Positions 51,325-60,859 of a stretch of 64,000 bases of DNA are shown in pieces. The stretch's first letter is position 1, and each line of letters opens with the position of its first letter. The translations under genes were made by a program, and so were the position numbers. The stretch is from an uncultured Gammaproteobacteria bacterium. GTDB lineage: Bacteria; Patescibacteriota; Patescibacteriia; SG8-24. Location: NCBI GenBank assembly GCA_964491475.1, contig CAZBFO010000001.1, positions 110,720-174,719 of the forward strand. The letters run 5' to 3'. The notes below the pieces were generated by a model, which ran no database searches, was not told the origin of the DNA, and worked only from the letters and a program-made list of their open reading frames with translations.

Positions 51325-51882
51325 ATGACCGAACAATGGAAAGACGCCGCGCGCCCGAAGTACCTCGGAGCCAACCGCGACAACATCTTCGCTGACTGGG
51401 ACAAGACCTACGGCTGCGGCCACTGGCGTCTCGCCTGGCGAGTCGCCGGCATTGACGTGGACTTTCAGGGTGCCTGCGCGCTGTACGAGGACGCCTACTT
51501 CTTCTACCTGCGTCAGCACCCGCTGACGCTGCGCCGCCTGCTCCGCGATGCCAGCAACGTCTACGACGACGCCGAGAGCAACGTGCACAGCGGCTTCGAC
51601 TATGCCAAGCAGGAAACCAACCGCACCCACGTGCAGGACATCGCCATCCGGCGCTGCGTCCTCCGCCACGGCAAGTGGTTCCAAGGCAAGGAGCTGATCC
51701 AGATCCGCGACAGCATGGGCAAACACCCGCTAAGCATGGAGCTGTCGCCCGGACAGGTGCCGTTCCACCTGCCGGACCTGATCGAGCCGTACGAAGACAC
51801 CCGCCGAAACGCCCAATGGTACAAGGTGGGCTCGGTAGAGGACTTCTACCAGCGGAATCGCTACCTCCAGATTCGGACCTGA
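51325..51882 (+). CDS. Hypothetical protein with enzyme-like conservation pattern
   Basis: GAGGAG SD; aromatic/His/Asp-rich motifs YEDAY, THVQDIAIRR, LSPGQVPFH and SVEDFYQ. Confidence 0.7.
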   Translation: MTEQWKDAARPKYLGANRDNIFADWDKTYGCGHWRLAWRVAGIDVDFQGACALYEDAYFFYLRQHPLTLRRLLRDASNVYDDAESNVHSGFDYAKQETNRTHVQDIAIRRCVLRHGKWFQGKELIQIRDSMGKHPLSMELSPGQVPFHLPDLIEPYEDTRRNAQWYKVGSVEDFYQRNRYLQIRT

Positions 51883-51986
51883 CGCTCTTTTTACCGCGCT
51901 GTTGCGCGGTTTTTTGTTACCTGATGAGCGCGGCCCAAGGGTTGCCAAACCCAAAAAAGTGTGTTACCTTCGCACAGTTATCACCT

Positions 51987-53186
51987 ATGGTCGACACCAT
52001 CATCCTGCGGACAAATGAAATCTGCCTGAAGGGGAGCAACCGCGGCATGTTCGAGCGGCATCTTTTGAATGACCTGCGGGTCCGGCTGGCGCCCATCGGC
52101 ACGTTCAAAGTGCGCGCCGACCAGGGAAGCGTTTTTGCTTTTCACGAGGGTGCATTGAGCGAAGCGCAGATCGCGGCTGCAGCCGAAGCCGTTCGCACGA
52201 CTTTTGGCGTGGCCACGATTCTGTTTGCCGCGCGCGTCGCCAAAGACATCGAAGCGATGGGCGCCGCGGCGGAAGCGTTGATCGCCAAGAGGGGAAAGAC
52301 CACCTTCAAGGTGTTCGCCTCCCGTTCCGACAAGACCTTCCCCACGCAGTCGATGGAAATTGTACGCATCGTCGGCGCTCGGTTGCTGGCTAACGTGCCG
52401 GATATCACCGTCGACGTGCGCACCCCTAAGACTGACGTGGTGATCGAAGTTGCCAAGGAGTTCGCCTACGTCGCCGTAGGCAGCGAAGCGGGCGCGGGCG
52501 GATTGCCGGGCGGCGTCGCCGGCAAAGTCGTTGCCATGCTTTCCGGCGGCATCGATTCTCCCGTGGCCGCCTGGAAGCTGATGCGTCGCGGCTGCGTGCC
52601 GGTGCTGGTGCACTTTCACAGCTATCCCTACGTCGGCGCCGAGTCCATCGACAAGGTGAAGCGCCTCGCTGCCAAGCTCGACCGGTTTTTCCCCGGCCTG
52701 ACTTTGCATCTCGTGCCCATCGGCGACGCCCAGCGCGAAATCACCGTGAAGTCCGACGAGACCATGCGCGTGCTGCTGTATCGCCGCCTGATGTTCCGCA
52801 TCGCGGAGAAGATTGCGGCACGCGAAGGCGCCTACGCGGTCGTCACCGGTGACAGCGTCGGCCAGGTCGCTTCGCAGACCATCGAGAACATCTCTGCCGT
52901 TTCCGCCGTGACTACCATTCCGACGTACCGCCCGCTAATCGGCGACGACAAGGAAGACATCGTCCGTGTTGCCAAGCGCATCGACACCTACAAGACTTCC
53001 ATCGAGCCGCACGACGACTGCTGCACGCTGTTCGTGCCGCGCCGTCCGGCCACTCGCGCCACCATTGCCGAGCTCGATACAGAAGAAGCCAAGTACGAAG
53101 TGCATGCCTTGGTCGATGCCGCGCTGGCCGCGACCGAAACCGTCGCCGTCACAAGCACGCCCGCGCGTGCTACAGTAGCCGCGTAA
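51987..53186 (+). CDS. thiI: tRNA 4-thiouridine synthase (no rhodanese domain)
   Basis: EICLKGSNR, THUMP domain, LSGGIDSPVA, GQVASQT and DDCC. Confidence 0.93.
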   Translation: MVDTIILRTNEICLKGSNRGMFERHLLNDLRVRLAPIGTFKVRADQGSVFAFHEGALSEAQIAAAAEAVRTTFGVATILFAARVAKDIEAMGAAAEALIAKRGKTTFKVFASRSDKTFPTQSMEIVRIVGARLLANVPDITVDVRTPKTDVVIEVAKEFAYVAVGSEAGAGGLPGGVAGKVVAMLSGGIDSPVAAWKLMRRGCVPVLVHFHSYPYVGAESIDKVKRLAAKLDRFFPGLTLHLVPIGDAQREITVKSDETMRVLLYRRLMFRIAEKIAAREGAYAVVTGDSVGQVASQTIENISAVSAVTTIPTYRPLIGDDKEDIVRVAKRIDTYKTSIEPHDDCCTLFVPRRPATRATIAELDTEEAKYEVHALVDAALAATETVAVTSTPARATVAA

Positions 53187-53197
53187 CCGCCGCAATT

Positions 53198-53872
53198 ATG
53201 GGAACGCTCTACATCATCGCCACGCCCATCGGCAACCTGGAAGATGCCACCTTCCGCAGCATTGAGACGCTCAAAAAGCTCGATGCGCTTTTTTGCGAAG
53301 ACACGCGCGTGACCGGCCGCCTGCTTGAGCGCTACGGCATTCACGTCCCGATGCAGTCGTACCGCGAGGACAGCCACGGCCTGAAGTTGCCGAAGATGTT
53401 GGAACTGCTCCGCGCTGATAAAACCGTCGGCCTCGTTTCCGACGCCGGCACGCCGACCATCGCCGATCCCGGTTTCCGCATGGTGCGCGACGTGCTCCAA
53501 GCCGAACCGGAAACGACCATCATCCCGATCGCGGGTGTCTCTGCCGTGACCGCCGCGCTCTCGATTGCAGGCTTCTCCGCCGACCAGTTCACCTTCATGG
53601 GTTTTCCTCCGCACAAGAAGGGCCGCAACGGCTTCTTCAAAGAAGCGCTGGATCAGTCTCGCACCGTCGTCCTGTACGAATCTACCCACCGTATCGAAAA
53701 AGCGCTCGAATCCATCAACGAGCTCGCTCCCGAGAGAAAGCTGGTAGTATGCAGGGAGCTCACCAAGATGTTCGAGACGACCTATCGCGGTATCGCTGAG
53801 GAAATCAGCACGCAACTTTCAGCCACCAGCAGTAAGGGGGAGTTCGTCATCGTAATAGAAGGCAAACCTTAA
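53198..53872 (+). CDS. rsmI: 16S rRNA C1402 2'-O-methyltransferase
   Basis: ATPIGNLED, CEDTR, SDAGTP and RELTKMFE. Confidence 0.95.
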   Translation: MGTLYIIATPIGNLEDATFRSIETLKKLDALFCEDTRVTGRLLERYGIHVPMQSYREDSHGLKLPKMLELLRADKTVGLVSDAGTPTIADPGFRMVRDVLQAEPETTIIPIAGVSAVTAALSIAGFSADQFTFMGFPPHKKGRNGFFKEALDQSRTVVLYESTHRIEKALESINELAPERKLVVCRELTKMFETTYRGIAEEISTQLSATSSKGEFVIVIEGKP

Positions 53873-53912
53873 ACAAGCCTCTGGCGAAGTCGCGGATGCA
53901 CTCATTGCGTCA

Positions 53913-54003
53913 CCGCGGGTGGCAGGGGCTGGGGACCCCGCGAGCGCGCAGCGTCGCCCGCAGGCGACCGAGCACTCGTGGGGTGAGCCCCTGACACCCG
54001 CGG
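53913..54003 (-). repeat. Long-hairpin intergenic repeat, copy 2 (inverted)
   Basis: Reverse complement of 44988-45081. Confidence 0.85.
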
Positions 54004-54043
54004 CACGCATATATACTCCACGCACACTCCGACAAGCACTTCT

Positions 54044-55558
54044 ATGAAAACCTACTACATCACCACCACACTCCCATACGTTAACGCCGACCCCCACATC
54101 GGCTTCGCTTTGGAAATCATCCAAGCTGATGCGCTCGCACGTTGGCACCGCCTCCACGGCGAAGAGGTCGTGTTCAACACCGGCACCGACGAGCACGGCC
54201 AGAAGATCTACAAGAACGCCATGGAAGCCGGCATGGAACCGAAGGCCTACTGCGACATGTACGCCGCCAAGTTCCACGGCCTCAAGGATGCGCTCAACCT
54301 TTCCTACACCAACTTCATCCGCACCACCGACGATTATCACGTCGCTGCCGCCCAAGAATTTTGGAAGCGCTGCGCCGCCAACGGCGACATCTACAAGGCG
54401 CGCTACCAGACCAAGTACTGCATCGGTTGCGAATTGGTCAAGACCGATTCCGAACTGGACCACGGCAAGTGCCCGATCCACCCGAAGCTGGAAGTGGAAC
54501 TTCGCGACGAAGAAAACTATTTCTTCAAATGGTCCAACTACGGCCAGGCGTTGCTTGATCTGTACTCGGCTCGCCCTGACTTCGTCGTGCCGTCCGGTCG
54601 CCTGAACGAGATCAACTCGTTCGTCCGCGGCGGGTTGCAGGACTTCAGCATCTCGCGCCTTAAGTCAGCGATGCCTTGGGGCATTCCGGTGCCGGGCGAC
54701 GACGAACACGTCATGTACGTGTGGTTCGACGCGTTAGTGAACTATATTTCGACCATCGGCTGGCCGATCAACATGGGCAAGTTCGAGGAGTTCTGGCCGG
54801 GCGTGCAGACTGCGGGCAAGGACAACCTCCGCCAGCAGTCGGCCATGTGGCAGGCCATGCTGATGTCGGCCAAGCTGCCGCCGTCCCAGCAGATATTCAT
54901 TCACGGCTTCATCACCGCCGAGGGGCAAAAGATGTCCAAGTCCACCGGCAACGTCATCAATCCCTACGACCTCGTGACGCAGTACGGCACCGACGCCGTG
55001 CGCTACTTCCTGATGGGCGGCATGCCTTCGTACGAGGACGGCGACTTCTCCAAAAAGCTGTTCGAAGAGAACTACACCTCGAAACTGGTGAATGGCGTCG
55101 GCAACTTGGCCGCACGCACCGCCACCATGGTCGAGAAGTATTGCGAGGGCAAAGTTCCCGCCGAACAGCCTGACCGCTTCGACACCTCCGCCTTCTGGAA
55201 GGACTACTCCGCTGCCCTCGATGCCTTCCGCTTCGACGAAGCCGCCCGCGTGTTGGAGAAGTACGTCACCGCGGTTAACCAAGCCATCGACCAGGAAGCG
55301 CCGTTCAAGAAGGCCAAGGAAGGCATCGACGTGTCACCGTTCATGTACCAGCTCGCCGAGGCCCAGCGCCACATCGGCATAGCCTTACTGCCGGTAATTC
55401 CGGCTGCCGCCACCCATATTCTTGGCCAAATTTCGGTCCGCCCCGAGGATGTCCTGCTGCCGCGCGATGCGCGGTGGGGGAAGCTGGTTCCGGGGACGAC
55501 GGTGGTAAAAAGCCCGATTTTGTTCCCACGCCTTCCTGCCGTCGACGCGTCCGCTTAA
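54044..55558 (+). CDS. metG: Methionyl-tRNA synthetase (short form)
   Basis: PYVNADPHIGF, GTDEHGQK, YVWFDAL and KMSKS. Confidence 0.95.
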   Translation: MKTYYITTTLPYVNADPHIGFALEIIQADALARWHRLHGEEVVFNTGTDEHGQKIYKNAMEAGMEPKAYCDMYAAKFHGLKDALNLSYTNFIRTTDDYHVAAAQEFWKRCAANGDIYKARYQTKYCIGCELVKTDSELDHGKCPIHPKLEVELRDEENYFFKWSNYGQALLDLYSARPDFVVPSGRLNEINSFVRGGLQDFSISRLKSAMPWGIPVPGDDEHVMYVWFDALVNYISTIGWPINMGKFEEFWPGVQTAGKDNLRQQSAMWQAMLMSAKLPPSQQIFIHGFITAEGQKMSKSTGNVINPYDLVTQYGTDAVRYFLMGGMPSYEDGDFSKKLFEENYTSKLVNGVGNLAARTATMVEKYCEGKVPAEQPDRFDTSAFWKDYSAALDAFRFDEAARVLEKYVTAVNQAIDQEAPFKKAKEGIDVSPFMYQLAEAQRHIGIALLPVIPAAATHILGQISVRPEDVLLPRDARWGKLVPGTTVVKSPILFPRLPAVDASA

Positions 55559-55646
55559 GAGTCGCTCCACCTTGACCGCACGGGCATTTTCTGCCATAGT
55601 GCGACGTTCTTTCTTATCAGTCACAGGCACCGAGGAGAAAAAAGAA

Positions 55647-56573
55647 ATGACGTCGAAAGCCGCCTTGATGACGGTCGAAAATGCGCAGCAGCAGACGCTT
55701 GCGGACCTGCGCCGACCGAATGAGCACGTCCAGTTCGGGCACATCTTTCTGACCTTGTGTCCCGACAGGCCCCTGGACCAGCTTTGTCTCGATGACATCC
55801 TGGATACCAACTGGCAGGGCGTCGAGACCGCCGTTCGTGACGCGATCGTCCGCGTATGCCACGAAGGAGACCTCTCGTCAGGGACGCTCCAGGATACGAT
55901 ACGTCTCGTCGCGCTGGCGCTGCGGAAACTCGAGTCCGAAGATGCCCGTCTCCGCCGATTCGTGGCAGAGCATCCTCGCGTCGGCCTCATAGCGTATCTG
56001 ACGGCGCTTTTCCCCGGACCAGTGGGCGAAAGCGTGCGCAAGGTCATCGCGGCACGGCGGAACGCCGCGGCAAAGATCGTGGAGTTTGCGTGCGTGCGTG
56101 ACCGACTGTTCGAGGCTCGCATCAAGCTGGCCGAAGAGGTCGACGAGTCCCTCGACGCGCTGCTCACCAACGAGAGCGCCGAGTATCGTGAGCTGCGGGA
56201 AAGCGTCCCGCAGCTCGGCGCAGTTGCCAAGACGGCGGCCGGAATCCTTGGGGAAATCAAGGAATGGGAGGAACTCGAAGTCAGCATTGCCGATCAAGAA
56301 GACCGTCGCATCGGTGACGCCGATGCGAAGGACACCAAGCGGCTCCAGCAGCTCGGCGGCAAGCAGGACGCGTATTGCGAGTTCGCTACCGCGCACTGCG
56401 GCCAAGAGATCAATGATCTCGGCACGGTAGAAATAGCGCTCCGACAGCTCGTCGCCGAGATCAAACGGAAAACCGAACCCGTCGAACTTCGCCTGCAGGC
56501 GATGCGAGATGCCCGAAAGCGAGAGCTTTACGGCCAGGCAGCGGCGATGTTCGACGCGACTACGAACGGCTAA
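55647..56573 (+). CDS. Hypothetical helical/coiled-coil protein
   Basis: GAGGAG SD; terminator at about 56580-56610. Confidence 0.65.
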   Translation: MTSKAALMTVENAQQQTLADLRRPNEHVQFGHIFLTLCPDRPLDQLCLDDILDTNWQGVETAVRDAIVRVCHEGDLSSGTLQDTIRLVALALRKLESEDARLRRFVAEHPRVGLIAYLTALFPGPVGESVRKVIAARRNAAAKIVEFACVRDRLFEARIKLAEEVDESLDALLTNESAEYRELRESVPQLGAVAKTAAGILGEIKEWEELEVSIADQEDRRIGDADAKDTKRLQQLGGKQDAYCEFATAHCGQEINDLGTVEIALRQLVAEIKRKTEPVELRLQAMRDARKRELYGQAAAMFDATTNG

Positions 56574-56700
56574 ATACCGCACCGACCGGATACGTCCGGT
56601 CGGCTTTTTTATGCACAGACGTGGCCGCCGACGACTCCGAAAGCCCAAAAAGTGCTATACTGCCAAAAGTTACCCGTTTTGAGCCCGAAGAGCATTCCCT

Positions 56701-57213
56701 ATGAACATCATCGATATCAGCCTGCTGGTACTGCTCGGCGGCTTTGTGCTGTACGGCTTCTGGTTCGGCATCATCCACCTCATCGGTTCCATCGTCGGCC
56801 TGATCGTCGGCGCGATCGTTTCCGGAAGGATGTACGGCCCCGTCGGCGCCTGGCTCACGCCCTACGTGGGCGGCAACGCCAACCTGGGACGAGTCATCGC
56901 CTTCTTCCTGGTGTTCGTCCTGGTAAGCAAGCTGGTCGGGCTGCTGTTCTGGATTGTCGAGAAAATCTTCAAGTTCATCTCGATCATTCCGTTCATGAAG
57001 ACCTTCAACCGGCTGCTCGGCGCAGCCTTCGGGCTGCTGGAAGGCACGTTGGCGCTGGGCCTGGCAGTGTACTTCGCCTCGCGCTTCCCGATTTCGGAGG
57101 CGACCGAAGCGGCCTTGCAGGGCTCGAAGGTCGCGCACGCGCTTCTGCCGGTCGGTTCGATTCTGGCACCGCTGCTCCCGCTGGCCGTTCGCGCCGCCCA
57201 GTCGTTCATGTAA
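56701..57213 (+). CDS. cvpA: CvpA (colicin V production) family membrane protein
   Basis: NIIDI...GFWFG and NRLLGAAFGLLEG. Confidence 0.85.
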   Translation: MNIIDISLLVLLGGFVLYGFWFGIIHLIGSIVGLIVGAIVSGRMYGPVGAWLTPYVGGNANLGRVIAFFLVFVLVSKLVGLLFWIVEKIFKFISIIPFMKTFNRLLGAAFGLLEGTLALGLAVYFASRFPISEATEAALQGSKVAHALLPVGSILAPLLPLAVRAAQSFM

Positions 57214-57220
57214 CAAGGTC

Positions 57221-58060
57221 ATGCGCTTCATCGACACCCATTGTCACCTCGATTCGCCGGTCTACGAGCGAGACCTGGACATTGTGGTACGCCATGCCCG
57301 CGATGAAGGTGTCGAGATCGTCACCCTCGGCAACGACCTGGAGTCGTCGCGCCGGGCGGTGGAGATCGCCGAGCGCTATCCCAAAGGCGTCTATGCCGCC
57401 GTCGGCATGCACCCCAAACACATCGGCGGCAACTTGTGGGCCGACGACAAGCTGATGGACACCGTCGCCTTCAGCGAGCTGCTGCGGCATCCGAAGGTCG
57501 TGGCCATCGGCGAAACCGGCCTGGACTTCCACGCCTTGCCCACCTACACCCGCAGCGCCGCCGAACGCCAGATGGTGAACCGCATCAAGCTGAACCAGCG
57601 CAACGTCTTCAGCCGTTTCCTGGACCTGTCGCGCGAGTTCCGCCTGCCGCTGATGCTCCATTGCCGCGACGCCTACGGCGACATGCTCAACATGATCGAG
57701 ACCTGGGACAAGACCACCCGCGGCTTCGATTCGCGCGGCGTAGTCCACTGCTTCTCGGGGGACTGGAAGACGGCTCGACGCTTCTTCAACCTCGACTTCT
57801 CGATTTCGGTCACCGGCGTATTGACGCACGGCGCTTACCAGAGCGAAGTCATACGGAAGGCGCCGGCCAGCAGGCTGCTCATTGAGAGCGACTGCCCGCA
57901 CATGACCGCGATACCGTGGAGCCATCGCCGCAACGAACCCAGCTACCTGCCGCTGGTGGCCGAAGCCGTTGCCGCCATGCGCGACGTGAGCTCGGCCCAG
58001 ATCTCCGCAGACACCACCGCCAACGCCCTCAAGCTGTTCCACCGCATTCCGCGATCCTGA
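57221..58060 (+). CDS. tatD: TatD-family hydrolase/DNase
   Basis: DTHCH, GETGLD, HCRD, HCF and ESDCP. Confidence 0.92.
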   Translation: MRFIDTHCHLDSPVYERDLDIVVRHARDEGVEIVTLGNDLESSRRAVEIAERYPKGVYAAVGMHPKHIGGNLWADDKLMDTVAFSELLRHPKVVAIGETGLDFHALPTYTRSAAERQMVNRIKLNQRNVFSRFLDLSREFRLPLMLHCRDAYGDMLNMIETWDKTTRGFDSRGVVHCFSGDWKTARRFFNLDFSISVTGVLTHGAYQSEVIRKAPASRLLIESDCPHMTAIPWSHRRNEPSYLPLVAEAVAAMRDVSSAQISADTTANALKLFHRIPRS

Positions 58061-58914
58061 TGTACCTGCAACGTATCGACGCCCACAGCCATGTCAGCTT
58101 CCGCGCCTACCGCGACGACGCCGAAGCCGTGATTCGCCGTTCCCTCGAGGAGGGGACGGGCATGCTTGCGGTCGGCACGCGAATCGAAACCAGCCGCGAG
58201 GCCGTGGCCTGCGCCGACAAGTACGACGGCATCTGGGCGCTGGTGGGTCTGCATCCGACGCACGTGTTTTCCTCATACGTGGACGAAAACGAGATGGAGC
58301 ACGAGAGCAGGCCCGAGAAGTTCGACATCGAGGCCTACCGCGCGCTGGCGAAAAGCTCCCCCAAAGTCGTCGGCATCGGCGAATGCGGGCTGGACTACTA
58401 TCGGCTGCCCGAAGGCGGCGACCATGAGGCCATCAAGGCCGCGCAGCGCGCCGCCTTTAGCGGCCAGCTCGACCTGGCGTACGAACTCGGCTTGCCGGTA
58501 ATGATCCACTGCCGCGACGCGCATGACGAGGTGGCGTCGATACTCGAGGAATGCCGCGACGCGGGCAGGCCGATCCGCGGCAACGTCCACTGCTTCACCG
58601 GCACATGGACCGAAGCGCAACGCTATCTGGCGTTGGGTTTCTACGTTTCCTTCACCGGCATCGTGACCTTTCCGCCGCGCAAATCGGACGCTGGCAAGGA
58701 GACCCTGGCCGACGTGGCCCGGCAGCTCCCCCTCGACCGCATGCTCATCGAAACGGACGCTCCGTACCTGGCACCGCTGCCGCATCGCGGCGAGCGCAAC
58801 GAACCCTCGTACGTGAAGCACGTGGCGGCGTTCATCGCCGGGCTCAAAGGCGTCAGCACCGATGAAGTCGAACGGCAGACGCTGCAGAATGTACGCACGC
58901 TTTTCCGAATATGA
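58060..58914 (+). CDS. tatD: TatD-family hydrolase/DNase (second copy)
   Basis: DAHSH, GECGLD, HCRD, HCF and ETDAPYL; TGATG overlap with the first copy. Confidence 0.92.
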   Translation: MYLQRIDAHSHVSFRAYRDDAEAVIRRSLEEGTGMLAVGTRIETSREAVACADKYDGIWALVGLHPTHVFSSYVDENEMEHESRPEKFDIEAYRALAKSSPKVVGIGECGLDYYRLPEGGDHEAIKAAQRAAFSGQLDLAYELGLPVMIHCRDAHDEVASILEECRDAGRPIRGNVHCFTGTWTEAQRYLALGFYVSFTGIVTFPPRKSDAGKETLADVARQLPLDRMLIETDAPYLAPLPHRGERNEPSYVKHVAAFIAGLKGVSTDEVERQTLQNVRTLFRI

Positions 58915-58990
58915 AAAAGCCCCCATGATGCGGAGGACCGACCGCCGAAGGCGTATTGAAATGGCACGAATGATGGCCCGCAAAAAAGAG

Positions 58991-59022
58991 AAGGGGCGGC
59001 ACGCAAACGCGTGCCGCCCCTT
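58991..59022 (-). terminator. Intrinsic terminator
   Basis: 14-bp stem AAGGGGCGGCACGC/GCGTGCCGCCCCTT; A-tract on the left. Confidence 0.75.
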
Positions 59023-59055
59023 ATTACGATGTCCGGAGCTTTCCGGACATGCCGC

Positions 59056-60549
59056 TTACGCGGACTTTTCGGAGCTCACCTTCCGCACGTAGAACATCTT
59101 CATGTTCTTCGGCTTCTCGGAGAACTCCACCACGTCCAGACCAGACTGGACGATGGCGGCCTTGAGGACCTCGACGGTGGTCGACAGCTCGGCTGCCATC
59201 TTCGGGTAGGCGCTTTCGAACTTGTCGGCCGGGGCCGTCGGGATCGGAGCGTTGGACTTGACGATGACGTCGTCCGAATCGGGCACATCGACCGATCCGT
59301 CGGTGTCGCCGCCGTTGTCGAACGGGTCGACGGCGTTGGCCGGCGGTGACGCCGGCGCAGCGCTTTCGACTCCCTTGGTCAGAGCCTTGCCGATGGCATC
59401 GCCGAACGTTGCGCCGCCGTGCGGACGGACCTTGTTCGGCGAGGACGCGGGGTCTTGGACCCGTTGAGCGTTGCCGCTCACCGGAGCCGAGGCGTTCTGA
59501 CCGTCACGGCCGTGACCGCGGCGGTTGCGCTTCTTGCGGCGCTTCGGCTTGCTGCCGTCGACCGCAGGAGCGGCCGCCGGCCTGTCCGCCTGCACCGCCT
59601 CGCCCTGGTGGGGCACGTCCTGAACCGCCTTGCGGACGGCAGCAAGGGCGCGCCTCTTGGCTTCGTGGATGGCGTCGATCCGCGCAAGGGTGTTCTCGCG
59701 CAGGACGCGAGGGGTCTCCTTGCGAAGCGAGGCTTCGAGGGCCTTGGCGATCCGATGGGCGTTTTCGCGGATGACGTGAGGCATGCTGCCCGGCATCGTC
59801 CGAATCCCCAATCGGCTGTCCGACAGAAGGTCGTAGATCGACATCTGCCGATCACGGACGGTCACGTCGGCCACGCTGCGGACGGTGATGACCGTCGGCT
59901 TCCGCTCGAATGACCGAAGGGTCACCTTGAACGGGTCTTCCGGCTGTACCGGCGGGAGAAGCTCGTCCTCGTCGCCCTGCCGCTGCACCGATGCCGGCTT
60001 GGGAGCCGGGGCGGCCAGCGGAATGGCGAAGAGCGCGTTGTTCCTGCCGTTGCGCGCCTCGACGAGCGTCACGCGAGTGACGACGCCGGGCTGGACCCGT
60101 CCTTCGTAGCCGCGTTCCACCAGCACCAGTTGCCCGCCTTGGGAGCGGGACATCAGGCGCGGTGCACGGCCGGTGTCGCGTTCGTCGCTCCAGTCGAAGA
60201 TCAGGTCTTCGATCTGCTGCGAACGCTGCTTCTGCTCGCGCACCCACTCTTCGCGGGTGAGCTCGCGGTAGTACACCGGCAGCGCCGAGCAAGCCACGCC
60301 GCGTCCCATGACGCTGCAGTAGTACGGCTTGACGTCGAGAACGGGGACGAAACGGTAGTCGTCGTACGTACCCGGAGTGACGTGCGTGCCGTCCGTGAGG
60401 ACGGCTGCGACGTGCGTGCCCCTGCCATCCGGCTTGGGCACCGTCGAGAAGACGAGACCGTCGATGATTTCGCCCTTGTTGAAGGACTCCGGCAAGGGCC
60501 GGGGCCCGCCGAATTCACGATTGCCGTTATTCTTGTTGAAATGACCCAT
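59056..60549 (-). CDS. Hypothetical protein (duplicated beta domain, helical domain, basic disordered tail)
   Basis: Typical codon usage; TTGACA-N17-TAAAGA promoter on the minus strand at about 60659-60687. Confidence 0.7.
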   Translation of the reverse strand: MGHFNKNNGNREFGGPRPLPESFNKGEIIDGLVFSTVPKPDGRGTHVAAVLTDGTHVTPGTYDDYRFVPVLDVKPYYCSVMGRGVACSALPVYYRELTREEWVREQKQRSQQIEDLIFDWSDERDTGRAPRLMSRSQGGQLVLVERGYEGRVQPGVVTRVTLVEARNGRNNALFAIPLAAPAPKPASVQRQGDEDELLPPVQPEDPFKVTLRSFERKPTVITVRSVADVTVRDRQMSIYDLLSDSRLGIRTMPGSMPHVIRENAHRIAKALEASLRKETPRVLRENTLARIDAIHEAKRRALAAVRKAVQDVPHQGEAVQADRPAAAPAVDGSKPKRRKKRNRRGHGRDGQNASAPVSGNAQRVQDPASSPNKVRPHGGATFGDAIGKALTKGVESAAPASPPANAVDPFDNGGDTDGSVDVPDSDDVIVKSNAPIPTAPADKFESAYPKMAAELSTTVEVLKAAIVQSGLDVVEFSEKPKNMKMFYVRKVSSEKSA

Positions 60550-60859
60550 GGTGACCGCCTTTGCCTAGTGCGCCTTGCAGCGCGTCCATGTCCCGTTGCC
60601 GGGAGCCGTTGTACGCGACCCTTCGTCACGCAACGTTTCCAGGGGGAAACGTGGGGTATCTTTACCATAAAATAGGCCTTTTGTCAAGGTCGGACGGAGG
60701 CTGGTGATTCGAATAATGACGCTAAAATAAGGTAAAAAAGTGTTCACTTGACCTTTTCTGTCTTTTGCCGCCCGCCAAAACCGCCTAGGATTGACGAAAA
60801 GCCGATTTTTTGAGATACTACCGGCGATAGAAGTCGCTACCGAGGGTATATTTTTGTAT

